Below, piece after piece: positions 7,049 through 13,457 of a DNA stretch of 26,083 bases. The notes beneath the pieces are model-generated. The model had not been told where the DNA came from. It made no database searches and saw only the letters and a list, made by a program, of their open reading frames with translations. A program made the position numbers and the translations under genes. Each line of letters starts with the position of its first letter. Position 1 is the stretch's first letter. This stretch comes from a virus (Duplodnaviria > Caudoviricetes), in the IMG/VR virus record IMGVR_UViG_3300021082_000087, positions 1-26,083 of that record; one strand, given 5' to 3'.

Positions 7049-7077
7049 ATTTGGCGTAACTATATATTATACGGCAA
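7049..7077 (-). other. dif-like XerC/XerD recombination site (candidate attP or resolution site)
   Basis: Minus strand TTGCCGTATAA-TATATAG-TTACGCCAAAT versus E. coli dif GGTGCGCATAA-TGTATA-TTATGTTAAAT; XerD arm matches 8/11; 7-bp centre; AT-rich island at the convergence of both arms. Confidence 0.7.
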
Positions 7078-7213
7078 TCGGACAGGCCGCTTCACGCCGG
7101 CCCGTTGATTCCAAATCAATATCCGGCCCCGTCCCCGCTTTCCCCGCAATCCACCGCGATTATCGTTCGCGCCCGTTCTCACAACATCTGGCGGGCCGCG
7201 CCCTTTCCATAAC

Positions 7214-7357
7214 TCAGTAGATCAGCACCAGCAGCACCGCCTGCAAGAACAGGTGCATTGCCGCCAGCGTCAGCGCCAGGCCCCACGCCGATTGCGGCCG
7301 GATCAGCACCAGCACAATCGCCACCGAGAAGCAGACGAAGATCAGCCAGCGCAGCAC
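7214..7357 (-). CDS. Small two-TM membrane protein (47 aa), holin-like candidate
   Basis: MLRWLIFVCFSVAIVLVLIRPQSAWGLALTLAAMHLFLQAVLLVLIY; GTG start 4 nt after the fibre stop; last gene of the late arm. Confidence 0.55.
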   Translation of the reverse strand: MLRWLIFVCFSVAIVLVLIRPQSAWGLALTLAAMHLFLQAVLLVLIY

Positions 7358-7361
7358 CGCA

Positions 7362-8561
7362 TTACGCCGCCACTTCGCGAATGACGATGCTCGACACGCA
7401 GACGCCGCCGAAAATGCGCCCGCTGGCAACGCCGTTGACCGTCGTGGTGCCAGCCCCGTTGTAGCCCGCGCGAACCTTGAACGTGGTCGAGCTGGTCGTG
7501 CCGCTGGTCATGACGTGGCGGAAATTAACGGTCGTGATGTTGTTGGTTCCGGCACTGCCCTGCGCCACGGCCGCCAGCGCGTTCGCCGTGGCGTCCTGGA
7601 ACAGCGCCGCCATGCACGTCGTCGCCGTGCCGCTTGAACTCAGGCTGATGACGACCTCTACCACCAGCTTGCTGGTCGCGCTCCTGGGCGTGATGGTCAC
7701 TTGCAAATACTGGTCGCCCTGGCCGCTCGTCGGGATGCTGTCAGTCGCCGACACGCTCGTCGTGCCGGTCGCCACCGCGCCGCTTTGAAACGACGCCATC
7801 TGGATTTGTGCCCCGGCCGCACCGACAGCCGTTTTGACAAAGGCCGTCGTGGCAACAGTCGTGTCATTGCTGGTGGGCGCAATCGCCGTGCTCATCGTCG
7901 CCGTCGTACCGGCGAGCGCCCCGGTCATGGTGTCGCCGGCCTTGTTGACCGGCACAAAGCCCAGGCCCGCGATCACCTGGTCGTAGCCCAACGTCTGCGG
8001 CACGCGCTGCCAGCTCACGCCGTTGAACACGACGGTATCACCGACTGCCCAGGTCGATATGCCGTCGAGCGTCGTCGTGCCGGCAACACTCACGATGTAG
8101 AAATCGCCGCGCGCGGGCGTCGGCACACCCATGCCGCCGCTGGCCAGCGCCGGCGTGTTGGTCGCGGCGTTCCACGACCCCTTGATGGTAAGCCCGCTGA
8201 TAACGCCGCCGATCTGCTGCTGTACCCAATGCGTGGTGGCCACACTGGTATCGTCGTCGGAGCCGCTGACCGGGTTGGCCGCCGTCGCGTTGGCGCCCAG
8301 GTTGGCGGCGCCCGTCACCGACAGTTCCGGCACGATCAATGGCCCGGTCATGGTGTCGCCGGCCTTCAGCACATAGGCAAATATCCCCGGATCGAAGAAC
8401 GGCAACTGGCTGTAGCGCGAGACGCCGTCGCCCAGCTTCATACGGCCCGAGCCGCCGCTGGTTTCAAGGGCGAATTCGCCCATGCCGATAATCAGGTCGT
8501 TTGCCGCCCACTCGGCCGGCGAGCCGATCAGTTGCCTCATGCGGTAGAATTGGTCGGCCAT
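7362..8561 (-). CDS. Tail fibre / receptor-binding protein with an Mtd_N (hyaluronidase-N)-like N-terminus
   Basis: EWAAND.I...GE.ALET....MKLGDGVSRYSQLP N-domain, KAGDTMTG repeats, ATT.(W/F)V fibre motifs, Thr/Ser-rich beta C-terminus. Confidence 0.8.
   Translation of the reverse strand: MADQFYRMRQLIGSPAEWAANDLIIGMGEFALETSGGSGRMKLGDGVSRYSQLPFFDPGIFAYVLKAGDTMTGPLIVPELSVTGAANLGANATAANPVSGSDDDTSVATTHWVQQQIGGVISGLTIKGSWNAATNTPALASGGMGVPTPARGDFYIVSVAGTTTLDGISTWAVGDTVVFNGVSWQRVPQTLGYDQVIAGLGFVPVNKAGDTMTGALAGTTATMSTAIAPTSNDTTVATTAFVKTAVGAAGAQIQMASFQSGAVATGTTSVSATDSIPTSGQGDQYLQVTITPRSATSKLVVEVVISLSSSGTATTCMAALFQDATANALAAVAQGSAGTNNITTVNFRHVMTSGTTSSTTFKVRAGYNGAGTTTVNGVASGRIFGGVCVSSIVIREVAA
7920..8366. 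repeat. Identical 24-nt direct repeat (7920-7943 and 8343-8366) encoding KAGDTMTG
   Basis: CCCGGTCATGGTGTCGCCGGCCTT occurs twice, 423 nt apart (in frame). Confidence 0.9.
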
Positions 8562-8573
8562 GGTCGGGCCTCC

Positions 8574-9464
8574 TTATGCGCTGGTCGTCAGGTTGGCCCA
8601 CGTCGTCGAACCACTGGTGTTGACATAGAGCCGGGTGGTCGTCGTGGTCGCTGCGGTGTTGCTGTAGAGCGAACCCTTTGCCGCCGCGAACGTCGGCGCG
8701 CCGGTGCCGTAGTAAATGCCGAGGTCGGCCGTGCTCGATGCCTTGACGAAGGCCTGCGTTGCCGCGCCTGCGCCGACCGCCGTGGCAGAGAGTGCTTTGA
8801 CAGCACCGGAAAACGTCGCCGTCGTGCCGGTCAGCGGGACCGACAGCACGGCGCCGCTAGAGGCAAATGCGGCAAATGTCGGTGTGCCGCCGGCACCCTG
8901 AAAAGTATGGACCGGGCAATGGTGGTAAATGTTATCCGCGCTGACATGCAAACCGCCGACGCCATTGACCGGATCGCCGATCCCGGTGAAGCCAGCGAAA
9001 TACTGCTTCACCACAGGCACATTGTTGAATTGGTATTCCGTCGCGGAAACATCAGCCGAGAACGTCGCCGTCGTGCCGGTCAGTGCGCCACTAAGAGCGA
9101 CGCTAGGACTGATAATCGCCAGCGCACCGACAGAGTTGATTTGTGAGTCCGTGCCGTCAGTCAGCAGGCGCAAATCAAAATCATCCGACGATGGTGATTT
9201 TAGATCAATCAGCGCGCCGGTTGTTCCGCTGATCTCCAGGTCTGCAATTCCTGTCGATGCAATTTCGACCAGACCCGAGAACGTCGCCGTCGTGCCGGTC
9301 AGCGCACCGGTCAGCGTTCCGCCGGCGAGCGGCAGAAAGTCGGTGCCAATCGTCGCCGCCACCTGGGCAACGGTGATTCGGTGGCTGACACCGGCCTGGT
9401 TGGCCTCGAGCTGGTCGGTCGGAAAGACGGCGCCGGCCGGCGGCAATTCGGAAATCTTTGGCAT
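8574..9464 (-). CDS. Tail fibre / spike protein
   Basis: MPKISELP N-terminus, LPLAGGTLTGAL fibre motif, G.GAP......GSLY C-terminal module; GGAGG SD. Confidence 0.78.
   Translation of the reverse strand: MPKISELPPAGAVFPTDQLEANQAGVSHRITVAQVAATIGTDFLPLAGGTLTGALTGTTATFSGLVEIASTGIADLEISGTTGALIDLKSPSSDDFDLRLLTDGTDSQINSVGALAIISPSVALSGALTGTTATFSADVSATEYQFNNVPVVKQYFAGFTGIGDPVNGVGGLHVSADNIYHHCPVHTFQGAGGTPTFAAFASSGAVLSVPLTGTTATFSGAVKALSATAVGAGAATQAFVKASSTADLGIYYGTGAPTFAAAKGSLYSNTAATTTTTRLYVNTSGSTTWANLTTSA
8812..9302. repeat. Three identical 23-nt direct repeats (8812-8834, 9061-9083, 9280-9302) encoding LTGTTATF
   Basis: AACGTCGCCGTCGTGCCGGTCAG x3, at spacings of 249 and 219 nt (both multiples of 3). 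Confidence 0.9.
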
Positions 9465-9473
9465 TCTGCCCTC

Positions 9474-10064
9474 CTACTCGATGAACCGAATCTGGTCGGC
9501 CTCGGTCAGCCGCTCGTCGCCGGTCAGAACGTAGGGCGGCACGATGGCGGCCGGATATGCCGGCGAGCCGGCAATTGCCCAATCGGGCGACGGCGCGGCC
9601 GGCGTGCCGCCGATCATCCAGTCGGGCGACGGCTCATCCGGCGTGCCGGCAACAATCCAGTTGTTGGTCGGCGTCGTCGGCCCCCCGGTCGGCTGCACCG
9701 GGTTAAGCTCGGCCGGCACCTTGACGCGCACCCAGCCGTAAACCGGGTTGTCCATCTCGAGGTCGCCAATGAAGCGCAGGCTGTGCGGCGAGGAAATCTC
9801 GCCCAGCTTGCCGGCGTACATGCTTTCGATCTTCTTCATGGTGAAAAAGTCATAGGCGTTGACGTTGACCCACTCCTGCCAGTCGCCCAGCTCGGGAATG
9901 GTCATCACGAATTCCAGCTGGAGCTGCGTCGGCATGGTGCGATAGAGCCGGCGCTGGCGGGCCGCGCCCGATTCCATCGGCGTGCGGAGCAGGCCCATGT
10001 CGACGCTGATGCGATACGGCATGATCTGCGCGCAGCGGAATTCGTCGGGATAGATGACCGTCAT
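9474..10064 (-). CDS. Distal tail (gpM-like) protein with a Pro/Gly-rich C-terminal extension
   Basis: LLRTPMESGAARQRR.Y...P motif typical of gpM-like tail-tip proteins. Confidence 0.7.
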   Translation of the reverse strand: MTVIYPDEFRCAQIMPYRISVDMGLLRTPMESGAARQRRLYRTMPTQLQLEFVMTIPELGDWQEWVNVNAYDFFTMKKIESMYAGKLGEISSPHSLRFIGDLEMDNPVYGWVRVKVPAELNPVQPTGGPTTPTNNWIVAGTPDEPSPDWMIGGTPAAPSPDWAIAGSPAYPAAIVPPYVLTGDERLTEADQIRFIE

Positions 10065-12316
10065 ATCGGCACCGGATTGACCAGAAAAGCCAGGGTCGAA
10101 TCGTAAACCGCAGGGTCATAGATCACGCCGGACACCGACACGATGGCGCCGCCCTTGTGCGCCAATACGGTCAGCGTGAAATCCTTGACCACGCGCTCTC
10201 CGTCGCCCCAGGTGAAATGCGTGCGCTCCTGGGTGCCCAGCGTGCGCCAGTCCTGGCCGAACGCCCACGGGTTCGCGCTGAGTATCACCCAGTCCGCGGT
10301 GCTGCCTTGCGTGACCTGGACGAGGTCGGAGGCACCGCCGAATTCGTCGCGGAACATCATGTAATGCGGACCGGGCACCTCGTCCCACGGCAGGCCGCGG
10401 TCGAGCTGTACCGTGATGCCGTCGTTATGGACGCTGGCGACCTGGCCGCTCACGCCCCAGCGCGGCAGGGTATGGGCTACGGCAATGCGCTCGCCGGGAT
10501 ACGGGATGAGGCCTTCCATCTCGGTGTCGAAGTTGACCAGCCGGCGCAGCCGTTGCCGGCGTTGCCATTGCAGCCGCGCGAACTGCGAGGCCTGCACATA
10601 GTCCGAACAGCCGAACAGGTGCAGCGACTCGGGGTTCTGACTGCCGACCGGCCAGCGCACATAGGCCGGCGACCAGGTATCAGGGTCGACAAACGCGATC
10701 TCGATGCCATCGGGCGCGCCGGTCTGCTCAAAGTGATAGTCGAGCCTGAACGTGCTTTTGACGATGTTCTGTTCGCTGAACATCATCGAGCGCACCGGGC
10801 GCGTGCCGTCCTGGACAATCGACATGAGGCCGCCGACCGGCATCGGCGCCGCCGCGACGCCCTGCACCGATTGCGAAAGCGCCTCCCACACCGACGATTT
10901 CTGCGTGTAAACGCCGTTAAAGCTGTACTGGCCCGCCCAATAGGCCCGCAGCGCACCCAGGTTGCCCGTGTCGACCTCGGACAGCGGCCGGCGCGCGCCG
11001 TAAACCTGGTTGCAATAGATGTCGATGAAAGCGTCGTCGGGCGAGGTCGTCGCCGCGAGCGGCCCGCTCCCCGCCGTGGGCAGTTTGCGCGTGCAGCGGA
11101 CACGCACCAGGCGCTCGACGCCGGCCGACACCTCCTCGGCCTTGAGCCGCACCATCAACAGCGTCGTGTTGCCATAGGCCGCCGCCGTCGGCGTTTCGTA
11201 AATCTCCAGCATGAGCGAGCGCCAGTACCACTCGTTCATTTCCTCGCCGTTTGGATATTGCGTGGTGAGCCGCCGCATCTTGACCAGCCAGGCGCCCGTA
11301 TAGCCGCAATCAATCGCCAGGGTCAGGCGCAGCGGATCGCGGTTGCCGCCGAACCATGTCTGGCTATGAACCTGCTCGGTGCCGGGAATCGGGTCGCCGT
11401 TGATGTCGGCCTGGCGAACGATGACCTGCCATTCCACGCCGGTCGAGGTCACGTCGCCCCACTCTGTCATCTGATAGAAGCCGCGTGGGAATTCGACGCT
11501 GTAGTAGATGTAGCGGCCATGCGCCTGGCCGACGCGTCCGACGCGATAGAAGCCCGATTCGTCGTCAATGTTGGTGAACCGCTGCTCGGCCACTTCGAGG
11601 CTGACCCACATATTCTCAAAGAATATCGGCGACCAGCCATTGGCCAGCGACACCGCGGCCAGGTTGCCAAAGATGCCGCCATGCGCCGCCGGCGGGACGA
11701 CAATGTATTGCGCCGCGCCGCCCTCGATGGAGAGCATTTCGGTCTCGCCGATCAGCACCTCATGCACGTCGAATTCGCCTTGCCCGAGGCACATGAGAAG
11801 ATCGACCCACATGCCGCGCACGCCGTCGAACATATGATAAGGCTGGGCGCAGAGGTCCGGTGTCATCAGCACGCGGCCGTAAACCACCGGCACGGGTTCG
11901 CCCAGGCGCGCGAGGTTCTGCCGGCTCCTGACATTGTAGACCGGCGACGGGTTGCCGAGGCCTCCCGGCGTCGCCGCGGCTGGCGCCTGCGGATCAGGAA
12001 ACAGCAGCGACAGGCCAATCGACACCGCGGCCGAAACGACGGCGGTAACAATGGCCGTAATGACGATCACGCCGATCTCGATGCCGGCCGGCGGCACCGC
12101 CAGGAGGGCAACGTCACCCGCCATCAGCGGCCGGTCGAGGTATTCGTCGTCGCCAGCCAACAGCCGCTCGCCGTTGTGGTAGTGCAACACCGGGCCGCCG
12201 GCGCCGTGAGGGTAATGCTCCAAAAGCCATTCAATCGGCCGCGAACCGTCCGGCACCTGGAAATATTCCAGATCGTGCCGCGACAGCAGGTTGCGGGTAA
12301 ATACTAGCGTTGCCAT
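10061..12316 (-). CDS. Host-specificity / central tail hub protein (gpJ/TipJ-like, with a gpI-like N-terminus)
   Basis: N.ARLGEPVPVVYG...PD motif, LCLGQGE.D, C-terminal F.TE.EG....PG..I.V. Start moved to ATG 12316. Confidence 0.85.
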   Translation of the reverse strand: MATLVFTRNLLSRHDLEYFQVPDGSRPIEWLLEHYPHGAGGPVLHYHNGERLLAGDDEYLDRPLMAGDVALLAVPPAGIEIGVIVITAIVTAVVSAAVSIGLSLLFPDPQAPAAATPGGLGNPSPVYNVRSRQNLARLGEPVPVVYGRVLMTPDLCAQPYHMFDGVRGMWVDLLMCLGQGEFDVHEVLIGETEMLSIEGGAAQYIVVPPAAHGGIFGNLAAVSLANGWSPIFFENMWVSLEVAEQRFTNIDDESGFYRVGRVGQAHGRYIYYSVEFPRGFYQMTEWGDVTSTGVEWQVIVRQADINGDPIPGTEQVHSQTWFGGNRDPLRLTLAIDCGYTGAWLVKMRRLTTQYPNGEEMNEWYWRSLMLEIYETPTAAAYGNTTLLMVRLKAEEVSAGVERLVRVRCTRKLPTAGSGPLAATTSPDDAFIDIYCNQVYGARRPLSEVDTGNLGALRAYWAGQYSFNGVYTQKSSVWEALSQSVQGVAAAPMPVGGLMSIVQDGTRPVRSMMFSEQNIVKSTFRLDYHFEQTGAPDGIEIAFVDPDTWSPAYVRWPVGSQNPESLHLFGCSDYVQASQFARLQWQRRQRLRRLVNFDTEMEGLIPYPGERIAVAHTLPRWGVSGQVASVHNDGITVQLDRGLPWDEVPGPHYMMFRDEFGGASDLVQVTQGSTADWVILSANPWAFGQDWRTLGTQERTHFTWGDGERVVKDFTLTVLAHKGGAIVSVSGVIYDPAVYDSTLAFLVNPVPI

Positions 12317-12726
12317 TGCCACCAGCTCGTCGGCGGGTAGCGCGACAGGAAACGCGCAAACGGGTCGTATGTCGTGCCGCCATAGGGCGCGGCACAATGA
12401 AGGATACCGCCGCCGACCACGACGCCTACGTGGTGCGGCGAGAAATGGCGAACGACCAGGGCGATGGCGAACGGCTCGGGCGCGTCGATTTCCGTCGCCA
12501 GGCCGCCCTCCTTCACCTCGTTCCACGCCTTGCCGAACGCGCGAATCTGCTGGGCGATGCCAAACGGCTCGTCGCGCTGCCAATCCGGCAGCTCGACGCC
12601 CAGCCTCTCGCGGTAGACCGCCAGCACCAGGCCCCAGCAGTCCCAGCCGTTGCGGTCGCGGCCGTTCACCATGTACGGCACGCCGACATAGTCGTTAACC
12701 CAGCTCAGGTCCCCGGCGTAGCTCAC
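12304..12726 (-). CDS. NlpC/P60 tail assembly protein (gpK-like)
   Basis: YVGVPY..NGRD..GWDCWGLV...HVGV......LHC, with catalytic Cys/His/His; GTGA overlap start. Confidence 0.88.
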   Translation of the reverse strand: MSYAGDLSWVNDYVGVPYMVNGRDRNGWDCWGLVLAVYRERLGVELPDWQRDEPFGIAQQIRAFGKAWNEVKEGGLATEIDAPEPFAIALVVRHFSPHHVGVVVGGGILHCAAPYGGTTYDPFARFLSRYPPTSWWQWQR

Positions 12727-12938
12727 CCGAAGCGCGGCAGCGCCGTACCGCCTCCCAGCACCGTGGCCACGAACCACAGAATCACCAGCAGGAATATTAT
12801 TGCGCCGACGATCTTTAAAATGTGCATTGGTATCGCGATGCCGAGAACGTCGCGCAGTACCCACACGACCAGGGCCAGGACCAGGCCGATCACCAGGCAA
12901 TAGATCAGCAGCCAGACAACAGCGGCGAGTAGCGACAT
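12723..12938 (-). CDS. Small two-TM membrane protein (Thivi_2564-like)
   Basis: Two long hydrophobic helices around a Pro-containing loop; strong AGGAGG SD. Confidence 0.8.
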   Translation of the reverse strand: MSLLAAVVWLLIYCLVIGLVLALVVWVLRDVLGIAIPMHILKIVGAIIFLLVILWFVATVLGGGTALPRFG

Positions 12939-12950
12939 GGCAGGCCTCCT

Positions 12951-13457
12951 TCATCTGTTAAGGCCGGGAAACGTATCGGTGCGATAAAGCTCGGTCGGAA
13001 ACGGACGGTTGAGCACGTCGGCGCGCGTCGCCGTGCCGACGATGGCGCCGGCGGTGATGGTTATGCTCTGCATGGTCAGCATCATCGGCGGCTCGTTCTG
13101 CGGCGGCGTGTTGTGCTGGTCGACATAGAGCCGCAGGGTCGCGGTGATGTTGATGTTAGGGTTGTGCGAAGCCGCCTCGATTGCGTCCATCGCCTCGCGG
13201 CCGACGTTGTCGATCTGGATTTCCATATCCTGCTGGCCCTTGCCGTCCGAGGTCGGCTGGCGAACGTAGAACGGCACCGGCAGGAACGGCGTCGGGCTGG
13301 TCGAGGCGGCGGTCAGCAGGAATTGCCACATCTGCACGTCGTTGGTCAGGAAGTATCGTTGCGGGAACAGTGGATGCCACAGCTCCAGCGTCTGGATGGA
13401 GCGCCGGTCGGACGGCGCGCTGGCGTAGATGCGGCGGAGGTCGGGGGAAATCGGCAT
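12951..13457 (-). CDS. Minor tail protein, DUF1833 (gpL position)
   Basis: IYASAP....IQTLEL.HP.F...IDNV...N.PFP...Y....FPGL. Confidence 0.85.
   Translation of the reverse strand: MPISPDLRRIYASAPSDRRSIQTLELWHPLFPQRYFLTNDVQMWQFLLTAASTSPTPFLPVPFYVRQPTSDGKGQQDMEIQIDNVGREAMDAIEAASHNPNINITATLRLYVDQHNTPPQNEPPMMLTMQSITITAGAIVGTATRADVLNRPFPTELYRTDTFPGLNR

Noticed and set aside
7105-7119. FNR/FixK box (TTGAT...ATCAA)
   Set aside because: The spacer is 5 nt rather than 4; kept only as part of the inverted repeat.
7165-7178. Alphaproteobacterial LexA box (GTTC...GTTC)
   Set aside because: The spacer is 6 nt, not the canonical 7, and no gene start lies suitably downstream.
7201-7213. Second XerD-like half site (minus strand TTATGGAAAGG), which would suggest a CTX-type two-site attP
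   Set aside because: There is no matching XerC arm at the right distance, and it has the same orientation as the first site rather than inverted.
8812-9302. CRISPR-like array (23-nt repeats)
   Set aside because: Spacing is 219-249 nt, the repeats are in frame within a coding gene, and there are no cas genes.
7362-9464. Diversity-generating retroelement, suggested by the Mtd_N-like fibre domain and repeats
   Set aside because: No reverse transcriptase ORF and no ~100-nt TR/VR pair differing at adenines; the repeats are short and identical.
10157-12307. Long opposite-strand ORFs (e.g. 10157-12307, 7701-9146, 15989-17590, 4355-5515, 3066-4091)
   Set aside because: These are antisense shadows of well-supported genes in high-GC DNA, with Arg/Ala-rich low-information translations and no motifs or SD.
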